Below are positions 9,780-18,683 of a DNA stretch of 64,000 nt, in pieces (positions within the stretch are counted from its first letter, which is position 1; the number at the start of each line of letters is the position of its first letter). The translations under genes and the position numbers were made by a program. The stretch is from a candidate division CPR2 bacterium GW2011_GWC2_39_10 (GTDB lineage Bacteria; Patescibacteriota; CPR2), in the NCBI GenBank assembly GCA_000993275.1, contig LBVV01000007.1, positions 57,290 through 121,289 on the forward strand, given 5' to 3'. Below the pieces are notes generated by a model. That model saw only the letters and a program-made list of their open reading frames with translations. It was not told the origin of the DNA and searched no databases.

Positions 9780-10793
9780 ATGCAAAAATCTGTCTTATCA
9801 AAATACGATTTAAAACAGCTAACCAACGAGGCACTTAAGCTTCTTAAGAAAGATAGAAGCAGGGAAGTGCTTATTCTTCGATTTGGTTTAAACGGCTCAA
9901 GAATGACCTTGGAGAAAATTGGGCAAAGATACCATATTACCAGAGAACGAGTTAGACAAATTGAAAAAGCGGCTTTAAGTAAGTTAAAAAATGCAAAACT
10001 CGGCGAGAAGGAAGAATATCAATCATTATTTAATACTGTTATTAAAGAGGGAATTTTAAGCGCCAATGATGCGGAAAAGCTATTTGGAGAACAAAATTTC
10101 AACAACATTAGGCTGCTTCTTAACTTATCGCCGGACATAGAAGAGCTTTCGGAGAATGACCATACAAGAGCTTGCTTTATAAGTAATGATTATAGCTTTA
10201 ATACTATAAAAAAGATTACAGGGAAAACTGTCGAAATATTAAAAGAACACGGCAAGCCGTCGGTTCTAAAATCTTTAATCCCCAAGATAAAAGAAACTTT
10301 AAATATAGAGCTGTCAAACGAAATAATTGAAAAAGCAATTAGGCTTAGCAAAAATATTGTTATAGATGAAGATAACGTAGGGCTGACAATTTGGCCGTCC
10401 GTTAATCCAAAAAGCATCAAGGACAAAACTCATTATATTTTAAAGAAACAGGGCAAACCGCTGCATTTTTCCGATATTGCCGTCAGAGTGAGAACCATGT
10501 CCGTGAAATCAATAACCAAGCAGGCCGTTCATAACGAACTTATTCGTGACGAACGATTTGTCCTTATTGGCAGAGGCATTTATGCCTTAATCGAATGGGG
10601 ATACAGGCCAGGTACCGTAACAGATATTATTACCGAAATTCTTACCGAATGTCAGGTTCTCCATAAAAATGATATTATCCAAAAAGTTTTAGAAAAGAGA
10701 GAGGTTAAAGAAACCACTATAGTGTTAAACCTTCAAAACAAAAACAAATTTATCCGAGTAGGCAAGGCCACCTACTCCTTGTCTGAGGAGTAA
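9780..10793 (+). CDS. Sigma-70 region-4 HTH fused to a C-terminal HARE-HTH (RNAP delta-subunit-like) domain; putative transcription factor
   Basis: The N-terminus 'LILRFGLNGSRMTLEKIGQRYHITRERVRQIEKAALSKL' is sigma-70 region 4. The C-terminus 'PLHFSDIAVRV...SITKQAVHNELIRDERFVLIGRGIYALIEWGY' matches the HARE-HTH pattern seen in RpoE/delta N-termini. Confidence 0.55.
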   Translation: MQKSVLSKYDLKQLTNEALKLLKKDRSREVLILRFGLNGSRMTLEKIGQRYHITRERVRQIEKAALSKLKNAKLGEKEEYQSLFNTVIKEGILSANDAEKLFGEQNFNNIRLLLNLSPDIEELSENDHTRACFISNDYSFNTIKKITGKTVEILKEHGKPSVLKSLIPKIKETLNIELSNEIIEKAIRLSKNIVIDEDNVGLTIWPSVNPKSIKDKTHYILKKQGKPLHFSDIAVRVRTMSVKSITKQAVHNELIRDERFVLIGRGIYALIEWGYRPGTVTDIITEILTECQVLHKNDIIQKVLEKREVKETTIVLNLQNKNKFIRVGKATYSLSEE

Positions 10794-10798
10794 ATTTC

Positions 10799-12229
10799 AT
10801 GTCATTAGATTTAATATATTCGATAATTCAAGAAATTATTAAGATTGGGATTTTTTTCTTTTCCTATACTTGGTGGGTTTTTGTACTTATTTTTGCATGG
10901 GAAGCTTACCAAAATAGCCGTAAAAAGGGTTGGGTAGAAAACCTAGATCACATCATTTTGAAAGTTGAGGTTCCAAAAAATAATGAGAAGGGGCCAGTTG
11001 CAGCCGAAATGATGTTCGCTTCTCTCCATGGAATTTTAAAAGACGCTGACGATCAAAGAAAAGAGGGAAGTATTCAAGAACATATCTCTTTCGAAATTGT
11101 CGCTTCTTTAAATAACATTAGCTTCTATATTTGGCTGCCCAGCTATCTCAAGGACTACCTTGAAGGGCAACTATATGCCCAATATCCTTCCGCAGAAATT
11201 ACAATAGTCAATGACTACTCTCTCGAAATAGGGAACGATGGCGACGGGTACCATTTATACGGTACTGAGATTGCTCTGGAAAAAGATCACATGCTTCCGA
11301 TCAAAACTTTTATCAGCTTTGAAGTAGATCCCTTAGCTTCTATCACCAGCGTTCTTAGTAAACTGGATGACATAAACGAACAAATTTGGATACAATATTT
11401 GGTTCAACCGGAAAGCAATGACTGGCAATCAAAATCCCAAAACCACACTTCAAATGTTCGATCGGGAAATAACACGCTGACCCTTGATTCCATATTTGGA
11501 TCTATAAAATCTGCTCCTTTTACGTTGCCAAAGACCTTAATCTCAATGGCCTTAAAGGCACCCGAACCACCAAGCGGGGCAGTGACCAAACCAAGCCTAT
11601 CTAAGCACGAGGAGGCAGAACTGACTGCCATAGACACCAAAGCCATGAAACTCGGATATAACGTTAAAATTAGAGTGATTTACGCCTCAAAGAACTCCGA
11701 AAAGGTTAAATATAGGCTACAAGCCGTTGCCGGTAGCTTTAAGCAATTCAACACGACGCTAAATGGTTTTGTTTCCGGTAAAACCATACCGGGTAAACTT
11801 GCTTTAGATGAATACAGGGCAAGATTTTTCGACTATGGGTTTATATTAAATATAGAAGAATTGGCAAGTATTTATCACTTGCCGCACGTTTCCGTCGAAA
11901 CGCCAAATATTAACTGGGTATCATCAAAAAAGTCCGAACCGCCGTCAAATTTACCGTTAGAAGGGTCCTCGCCGCCGGAAGAGCTAACCTTATTCGGCCA
12001 AACCAACTTTAGGGGAAACAGACAAAAATTCGGTATAAAAAAAGAAGACCGCAGCCGCCACATGTATATAATAGGTAAGTCCGGCGTTGGTAAATCTTAT
12101 TCTTTAGCTCTTTTATCTATTTCCGACATTTATGCCGGTCGCGGAGTAATATTCCGGAATACCGGATTAAAGACGTCGTCTATTTTAATCCCGCCGATAC
12201 CTTGTATCCAGTTGCTTTCAATGCTTTAG
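10799..12229 (+). CDS. T4CP-like (VirD4/TraD/TrwB, FtsK-HerA superfamily) membrane ATPase, N-terminal portion (TM anchor through Walker A)
   Basis: N-terminal TM helix 'IGIFFFSYTWWVFVLIFAW'. Walker A 'IIGKSGVGKSYSL' followed by 'AGRGVIF'. The frame then degenerates into a non-homologous tail that overlaps the next ORF. Confidence 0.55.
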   Translation: MSLDLIYSIIQEIIKIGIFFFSYTWWVFVLIFAWEAYQNSRKKGWVENLDHIILKVEVPKNNEKGPVAAEMMFASLHGILKDADDQRKEGSIQEHISFEIVASLNNISFYIWLPSYLKDYLEGQLYAQYPSAEITIVNDYSLEIGNDGDGYHLYGTEIALEKDHMLPIKTFISFEVDPLASITSVLSKLDDINEQIWIQYLVQPESNDWQSKSQNHTSNVRSGNNTLTLDSIFGSIKSAPFTLPKTLISMALKAPEPPSGAVTKPSLSKHEEAELTAIDTKAMKLGYNVKIRVIYASKNSEKVKYRLQAVAGSFKQFNTTLNGFVSGKTIPGKLALDEYRARFFDYGFILNIEELASIYHLPHVSVETPNINWVSSKKSEPPSNLPLEGSSPPEELTLFGQTNFRGNRQKFGIKKEDRSRHMYIIGKSGVGKSYSLALLSISDIYAGRGVIFRNTGLKTSSILIPPIPCIQLLSML

Positions 12230-13773
12230 AGTGTCCAAACCCCGATTTTAAAGAAATGATCGCCTCCGGCTTTGTCTCCATCTTCAAAAAACAATTCGGT
12301 TATAGCTGGGGACCAAGACTGGAATATGTATTAAGATATACGATTCTTGCTTTGCTAGACACTCCCGACTCAACAATGCTTGGTGTTATTCGCATGCTTA
12401 CAGAGAAGAATTTTAGACAGAAAGTAATAAAAAACATTAAAGATCCTGTAGTTAAAAATTTCTGGGAGAAAGAATATGCAACCTATAATGACCGTTTTGC
12501 CACCGAGGCAGTCGCTCCAATTTTGAACAAGGTTGGGCAATTTATCGCTTCGCCCTTAATTAGAAATATTGTTGGTCAACCAATAAGCACTATAGATATT
12601 AGAAAGATAATGGATGAAGAAAAAATATTAATTATTAATCTGTCGTCCGGTAGAATAGGCGAGGACAACTCGGCCCTTCTTGGTTCTATGATGATAACAA
12701 AAATTCAGCTTGCAGCCATGTCTAGGGCAGATATTCCGGCAGAGGAACGAAAAGACTTCTATTTATATGTCGATGAATTCCAGAACTTTGCTACCGAATC
12801 ATTTGCAAAAATCCTCTCGGAAGCCAGGAAATACCGTCTAAATTTAATAGTTGCCAACCAATATATTACTCAAATGGAAGAAACGGTAAGAGATGCCGTT
12901 TTTGGCAACGTCGGTACCTTAATTTCCTACCGTGTGGGCGCAAAAGACGCAACCTTCTTAGAAAATGAGTTTTCTAAGCTATTTACATCCGAAGATCTAA
13001 TAAACCTGGACAATAGACACATTTACCTAAAAATGCTTATTGACGGTGTGACAAGACATCCATTTTCGGCCATGATCTTAAACCTTCCGCCGTCAAAAAT
13101 TGACCATTCGAAGGAAATTTATAGATATTCAAGAGACAATTTTGCCCGATCAAAAGATGAAGTAGAGGATTTAATCAATAAATTTAGCACCAGTATTCCC
13201 CAAAACGAGATTGACGAAGAACCTCAAGTTTCCATTGAAAAAAGAAACGCCGACAGTCATGTAACGGAAAATCCGGTGAATAAAAGACCGGATAATTTCA
13301 ATCGGGAAAGACAAGAGCGCCCTGTATATAGACCGAGGATAGAGAAAACAAATAAACCCCAGCTCCCACATCATCAGGATAACTCTTCTCAGATTATAGA
13401 AAAAAACCCGATACCGAATAAAACTATGAAACATCCCGTGAAACAGTTTCAAAGCAAGACCAATGAAAATCAAAATTTAAAATTTTCACAATATAAAAAA
13501 CCCTATCGAAGCAGCCACGCGCCTTCTAATAATTCTCCTTCCGGAAATTCCAGCGACAACAGACATGCCTCAAAACCAAACGAACAGAATATAAGAGATG
13601 CAATTCAAGCCGCCTTAGCAAAGAAACAAAACAATAACTCAAATGAAGCAGCTGTCATAAATAAACAGCCTGATTTGAAAATCAATAATACTAACGACCA
13701 GAAATTAAATAATACTAATAAAGATAACGGATCTCGCGAGATAAAGCCCGGGGAAACGATAATATTTAAATAA
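12202..13773 (+). CDS. T4CP-like ATPase, C-terminal portion (Walker B through a low-complexity Q/N/K/P-rich tail)
   Basis: In this frame, upstream of the annotated Met, the sequence reads 'IPEYRIKDVVYFNPADTLYPVAFNAL', the conserved post-Walker-A segment of TrwB/VirD4-like proteins. Walker B is 'FYLYVDEFQNF'. 'NLIVANQYITQ' follows. The last ~170 aa form a disordered tail. Confidence 0.6.
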   Translation: MYPVAFNALECPNPDFKEMIASGFVSIFKKQFGYSWGPRLEYVLRYTILALLDTPDSTMLGVIRMLTEKNFRQKVIKNIKDPVVKNFWEKEYATYNDRFATEAVAPILNKVGQFIASPLIRNIVGQPISTIDIRKIMDEEKILIINLSSGRIGEDNSALLGSMMITKIQLAAMSRADIPAEERKDFYLYVDEFQNFATESFAKILSEARKYRLNLIVANQYITQMEETVRDAVFGNVGTLISYRVGAKDATFLENEFSKLFTSEDLINLDNRHIYLKMLIDGVTRHPFSAMILNLPPSKIDHSKEIYRYSRDNFARSKDEVEDLINKFSTSIPQNEIDEEPQVSIEKRNADSHVTENPVNKRPDNFNRERQERPVYRPRIEKTNKPQLPHHQDNSSQIIEKNPIPNKTMKHPVKQFQSKTNENQNLKFSQYKKPYRSSHAPSNNSPSGNSSDNRHASKPNEQNIRDAIQAALAKKQNNNSNEAAVINKQPDLKINNTNDQKLNNTNKDNGSREIKPGETIIFK

Positions 13774-13822
13774 TTAATAATTAAATTTTAATTTTTTTAC
13801 TTAACTTTGAAGAAGGGGCATT

Positions 13823-13850
13823 AAGAGGTAAAAGCCAGACCTCTTTTCAT
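13823..13850 (+). terminator. Rho-independent terminator after the T4CP-like gene
   Basis: Hairpin aagaggt-aaaagccag-acctctt followed by ttcatt. Confidence 0.5.
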
Positions 13851-14169
13851 TATAAAGGATTATGTCGCACAATGTATCTTATGCGCCATTGCTAGATATT
13901 TAAAAAAGACGTGTTGTGAGTCATCTTTTTTGGCAATACATAGCTAAAAAAAGTTCTTTCACGCAGGCTTGTCATATGGCCATTTAGAATAAGCTACTGA
14001 AAACACCTCTTTAGGTTCGCCCCTCCTTTGTATTTATTTATTTTATTGTTCTTGGCCCGCAAATGTTTGCCAAGTGTTAATTAGACATATTTCGCCATAT
14101 CAATTAAATAAAGATAATTATCCCCTAACCTACTTGGTTAAAAAATTCTTTAAATTTATTGTTTTATTT

Positions 14170-14210
14170 TTGTATTAAAAAAGAGCAGTTTTTTTGAATA
14201 CTCTGCTCTT
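14170..14210 (-). terminator. Terminator downstream of ftsQ (end of the dcw operon)
   Basis: An 8-bp stem (aagagcag / ctgctctt), followed on the minus strand by a T-run. Confidence 0.55.
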
Positions 14211-14242
14211 CTCTTTTGTGAAACAATTTGTATGTTTCACAA

Positions 14243-15055
14243 TTATTTCATAAATATTTTATTTTCAATTCTCAAGTCTATATATTCGCTAATCTTTTTA
14301 TTGTCTCTTTTTGTCTCCACCATAATTCTCGTTAGGCCGGAAAGTTGATTTTCGAGGTTCCTTGTAGAATCAAAGTAAACGGAAAAGATATCCGTTGTTT
14401 TAACTTCGATGTCTCTTTTAAATTCATTTTTAATAATTATCTCTTTTGCCTCTAGGCCGGTTGACGAAAAACTGCTACCCAAATTATCAATAAATAACAT
14501 TAAATCAGGGGATCCCACCCTATCCCCCACGCTAATTGATGTATTGGTCTTATCGTTAATATTTAAAACCAAATCCTGAGCTCCGGAAGCAACAACTATT
14601 CCCTCTTTGTCGACAATGTAGGTTTCTCCTCCGGTAATCCAATTAAATTTTACATCCCGAAGAAGCCCCTCAATAAACACTTCCTTGCTTCCGGCTATTT
14701 TGGTAACTGTAATTTCCTTAAATTCAGGCATGCCGTCTTGAAGTATCTCCTCGAGATTGTTTGTTGATAAAAAATAGAAATTTCTGGAAAGAATCCCGCT
14801 GGAAATAAAGTTTCCCACCTGACTTTCTATTTTTATTTTTGCTTCCCCTTCTACGCCTTTAATGTTTATTTTTTTTATCATCATTGCATCAGATATAAAA
14901 AACCAATACAAAGAGGTTAGCAAGGCTAAGCTAAAAATTTTTATAAAAAAACTCTTAAACGACCTGGATTTCCTATGCTCTAATGGGCTTGAGGGCATTA
15001 TAAGTCTTTTTCTATAATTATTATTCCTTTTTCTACGAACTTGTTGTCTTGCCAT
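14243..15055 (-). CDS. ftsQ: Cell division protein FtsQ/DivIB (POTRA domain)
   Basis: Basic N-terminus, a single TM helix ('FIKIFSLALLTSLYWFFI'), then a POTRA-like 'IKKINIKGVEGEAK' region. It is the last gene of the dcw cluster and overlaps the murC 5' end by 23 nt. Confidence 0.7.
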   Translation of the reverse strand: MARQQVRRKRNNNYRKRLIMPSSPLEHRKSRSFKSFFIKIFSLALLTSLYWFFISDAMMIKKINIKGVEGEAKIKIESQVGNFISSGILSRNFYFLSTNNLEEILQDGMPEFKEITVTKIAGSKEVFIEGLLRDVKFNWITGGETYIVDKEGIVVASGAQDLVLNINDKTNTSISVGDRVGSPDLMLFIDNLGSSFSSTGLEAKEIIIKNEFKRDIEVKTTDIFSVYFDSTRNLENQLSGLTRIMVETKRDNKKISEYIDLRIENKIFMK

Positions 15056-16394
15056 ATCTATCCAATATCATTGAGCCCAATTTATTAATATTGCCCGCTC
15101 CAATAGTTAAAATAACACCGCCTTTATAATTTTTAAAAACATAATCAGCAACACTCTCAAAGGAATCAATAAAAACCGCATTTCCTCCCAAGCTGTTAAT
15201 TTTCTTTACTAACTCTTCTTCAATATCTCCCTTACTGTTTGTTTCAAAATCCCTAGCCTCATAAACCTTAGTTAAAACTAACCTGTCTGCCTCGGAAAGC
15301 ACAGAAGCAAATTCATTAAAAAATTCTTTCGTCCGGGAATATTGGTGCGGCTGAAAAATAGCGAAGACAGGAAGATCATAGGCTCTTTTTAAGGCATCAA
15401 AAGTTGCACTTATCTCGGTTGGATGGTGACCGTAATCATCAATAATTAACGGGTCATCACTTATAGTCTCAAGCCTTCTTTTAGCCCCCTTAAAATCACT
15501 AAAAGTGCCCGGAATCGATGAAGCGTCCACACCCAACAGTGAAAGACAAGCAACAACCATGCCCGCGTTGAACGCATTATGCAAGCCTGAAATTCCTAAT
15601 TTTATATCATAAGATTTACTATTAATACTTACGGTGAAAATCAGGCCGGCTCCGTCGTTTTCCAAATTAGTAATTCGACAATCGTTTGAGACACCAAAGC
15701 CAACATATATAACTTTACATTTCGCTACCGATCCTAAGCGCCTTGTTATTTCCGAATCCCCGTTTATAACCAAAAATCCATCCGGATTAATTTTTGAAAC
15801 AAAGGCTTGAAAAGCATCAATAATATCATTTATGTCTTTAAAATAATCCAAGTGATCGGCTTCCATATTTGTTATTATGGCGGCAAAAGGAGATAACTGA
15901 AGAAACGCACGCTGATATTCGCAAGCCTCGGCAACAAAATATTCACCTTTTCCGCTTAAATAATTTGAGCCCGTTTTCAAAATCTCGCCGCCAATTATGG
16001 CCGATGGGTCTAGTCCTGCATCTTTTAGGGCAAGGGCAATAAGTGACGTTGTTGTTGTTTTTCCATGAGTTCCAGCAATAGCGATTCCCTTACTTTTTTG
16101 CATTAATTCGCCCAACAATTCGGAGCGAAGAACAATTTTCTTGTTCAATTCTTTTGATCTTTTTATTTCGACATTATCCAAGGGTATTGCCGAGCTATAA
16201 ACAACAACATCCAAATCTGTTTCAATATTGCCTGAGGAATGATTTAAATAAATTTTGGCGCCCTTCTTCTTCAGCTTTTGAACATTTTCCGAGTCTTCCC
16301 TATCTGACCCTGATACATAATAACCCCGATCTAATAACATGTTCGCCAACGGTGCCATTCCTGATCCGCCAATGCCAATAAAGTGATATTTCAT
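15033..16394 (-). CDS. murC: UDP-N-acetylmuramate--L-alanine ligase
   Basis: N-terminus 'MKYHFIGIGGSGMAPLANMLLDRGYYVSGSD' and Mur ligase P-loop 'GTHGKTTTTSL'. Confidence 0.9.
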   Translation of the reverse strand: MKYHFIGIGGSGMAPLANMLLDRGYYVSGSDREDSENVQKLKKKGAKIYLNHSSGNIETDLDVVVYSSAIPLDNVEIKRSKELNKKIVLRSELLGELMQKSKGIAIAGTHGKTTTTSLIALALKDAGLDPSAIIGGEILKTGSNYLSGKGEYFVAEACEYQRAFLQLSPFAAIITNMEADHLDYFKDINDIIDAFQAFVSKINPDGFLVINGDSEITRRLGSVAKCKVIYVGFGVSNDCRITNLENDGAGLIFTVSINSKSYDIKLGISGLHNAFNAGMVVACLSLLGVDASSIPGTFSDFKGAKRRLETISDDPLIIDDYGHHPTEISATFDALKRAYDLPVFAIFQPHQYSRTKEFFNEFASVLSEADRLVLTKVYEARDFETNSKGDIEEELVKKINSLGGNAVFIDSFESVADYVFKNYKGGVILTIGAGNINKLGSMILDRYGKTTSS

Positions 16395-17554
16395 TTCTTA
16401 TTTCCTTTTTCCTTAGCTACAATCTCCAAATAATCCACCATAACATCCGCCATTTCTTTTGCAGCATCAATTTTGCCAAATTCTTTACTTTTTCTAGCTA
16501 AAAACTCAATTTCTCCTTCTTTTTCGAATATTAGCTCCAGTTGCGACAATAAAAGGTCTTTACTTGTTTCGCTTTCCTCCAGAGAATAAGCGGCGCCTTG
16601 TCTCATCATTATTTGTGCATTCCGATATTGATGCGAATTTGCTGACGAGCCCAAAGGGATAAGAAGCATTGGTTTTCCTAGAGCGCAAAATTCTGAAATA
16701 AAATTTTGACCTGACCTGGAAATTATTAAATCTGAAACCGCATAAGCGTCCTTTAGTTCTCCGGACAAAAAACTATAAAGATGGTATTTTTTTTGCGCCT
16801 CAGCAGTTAATCCCGATTTTAGATACATGAGCCACGAGAAATCGTTATCTCCGCAAACATGAATGATCTGATATTTTTTTAGTAAGTCGGTAATTGATTC
16901 GGCAATGAGGGAATTAATAAAATGGGAGCCTTGGCTGCCGCCAACAATAAGTATTACGGGGTCATGACCTTTTAATTCAAATATTTTTTCTCCCTCTTCT
17001 TTGCTGCCTTTTAGCAGGTCTTTTCTTACTGGATTACCGGTAAAAATGAGCTTTGCTTTTGGCAGATTATTATAAAAGTTTTCCGGATAAGAAACCATTA
17101 TTCTGTCCGCAAAACGCGATAATATTTTGTTTGAAAGGCCCATTTCGCTATCCGATTCATGAATAAACAAAGGGTAGCCCATTGATGCTGCGGCCAGCCC
17201 CACAGGCAAGCCCACATACCCTCCTTTTATAAAAACAATTTCCGGCCGATACTCCCTTATTATGGCCCTTGACTCAAAAAAACCTCTTATTACCCTAAAT
17301 ACGTCCCCCATATTGGATATGATTGTTTGAGGATTAAAAAGATTAACTATGGTGTTGTTGTGGTATCTTCTAAACTTGCCCGCATGAATGAAATGAAACT
17401 TTAAATCCAATTGAGGAATGATTTTAATTTCCATTCCGGCGTTTGAACCAACATAAACTATATCTTTATATCCGCTTTTTTCTAATTCTTCTATTACTGC
17501 CAAAGCCGGGTAGATATGACCCCCCGTTCCTCCGCCGGCGACCAGAATTCTCAC
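16391..17554 (-). CDS. murG: Undecaprenyl-PP-MurNAc-pentapeptide-UDP-GlcNAc GlcNAc transferase
   Basis: The N-terminus 'MRILVAGGGTGGHIYPALAV' is the MurG G-loop. It is a GT28 enzyme of 387 aa. Confidence 0.9.
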   Translation of the reverse strand: MRILVAGGGTGGHIYPALAVIEELEKSGYKDIVYVGSNAGMEIKIIPQLDLKFHFIHAGKFRRYHNNTIVNLFNPQTIISNMGDVFRVIRGFFESRAIIREYRPEIVFIKGGYVGLPVGLAAASMGYPLFIHESDSEMGLSNKILSRFADRIMVSYPENFYNNLPKAKLIFTGNPVRKDLLKGSKEEGEKIFELKGHDPVILIVGGSQGSHFINSLIAESITDLLKKYQIIHVCGDNDFSWLMYLKSGLTAEAQKKYHLYSFLSGELKDAYAVSDLIISRSGQNFISEFCALGKPMLLIPLGSSANSHQYRNAQIMMRQGAAYSLEESETSKDLLLSQLELIFEKEGEIEFLARKSKEFGKIDAAKEMADVMVDYLEIVAKEKGNKK

Positions 17555-18683
17555 TTAAGACCTCCTCTTTAGTATATTTTGATATATTAAGCAGAATACC
17601 CACTGCAGTCAAGGAAAACACCAGCGATGATCCGCCGAAGCTTATAAAAACTAGCGGAACTCCGGTTAGCGGCAAAATGGATAACATTGCCCCTATATTG
17701 ACAAATACCTGAACCATAAACCAAGTAGAAATACCTACGGCTATAAGCCTCGAAAATTCATCCGGAGCTTTCTTTGCTATTTTAAAGCCTTGAACAACAA
17801 TAAACAAGTAAACTAAAATAATTAAAATAGCCCTGATAAAGCCTAATTCTTCTGCAATTATAGGAAATATGGCATCGGTTGTTGCCTCCGGTAAATAATA
17901 AAGTTTTTGACGGCTTTCTGAAAAACCCAAACCCAAAAGACCCCCGGAGCCGATGGCAATTAAGGCCTGGTTAATTTGATATCCCATGTCGGTTTTATCG
18001 GCGCCAGGATTTAGAAAAACCATCAGACGCTGAAAACGGTAACTTTCATTTTTAATAAGAAGCGCCACAGCCAGGACACCCGCCCCAAAAAAAGAAAAAA
18101 TAGTTGGTAGATTGGCTCCGGCTATAAAAAACATCGACATGCCAATTGCAGAGATAATAATGGTGGTCGATAAATTCGGCTGCTTTAAAATTAATACTCC
18201 CAAAAAAGCAATAATTAATGCAAAAGGGATTACCGTATTAGCAGAATTGATCTGGGATAATCTTTGCTCGAACCAAAAAGCCATGAACAAAATAAAAGTG
18301 ATTTTAATTGCTTCAGTTGGCTGAAAAGTTCTTATACCAAGATCTAACCATCTTTGCGCGCCACCGGCCGTTTTGCCCATCAAAAGTACCATAATTAATA
18401 TAAAAATTGACATGTAGAATAGGCTTGGAGCGAATCTTCTCCAGAGAGGATAATCAATTTTATAAGCGGCAATCCAAAAACATACCCCGACAATTAAAGA
18501 CGTCAACTGATGATATAGATACGTTGTCGTTGATTGTCCGCCACTTTCGGCATAACTTTTGGTAACTGAAGCCGAAAAAATCATAGTGAGACCAAAAAAA
18601 CATAAGCCGATAACCGCAATCGCCAAATAGTAATTAGGTCTATGAGGCCGAGGAAGCCTATTTGATGAAATGGGATTTCGCAT
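17466..18683 (-). CDS. ftsW: Peptidoglycan glycosyltransferase FtsW (SEDS family)
   Basis: About 10 TM helices with a SEDS-like pattern. It sits between mraY and murG. Its basic C-terminal tail overlaps the murG 5' end by 89 nt. Confidence 0.8.
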   Translation of the reverse strand: MRNPISSNRLPRPHRPNYYLAIAVIGLCFFGLTMIFSASVTKSYAESGGQSTTTYLYHQLTSLIVGVCFWIAAYKIDYPLWRRFAPSLFYMSIFILIMVLLMGKTAGGAQRWLDLGIRTFQPTEAIKITFILFMAFWFEQRLSQINSANTVIPFALIIAFLGVLILKQPNLSTTIIISAIGMSMFFIAGANLPTIFSFFGAGVLAVALLIKNESYRFQRLMVFLNPGADKTDMGYQINQALIAIGSGGLLGLGFSESRQKLYYLPEATTDAIFPIIAEELGFIRAILIILVYLFIVVQGFKIAKKAPDEFSRLIAVGISTWFMVQVFVNIGAMLSILPLTGVPLVFISFGGSSLVFSLTAVGILLNISKYTKEEVLSENSGRRRRNGGSYLPGFGSNRRIRKKRI

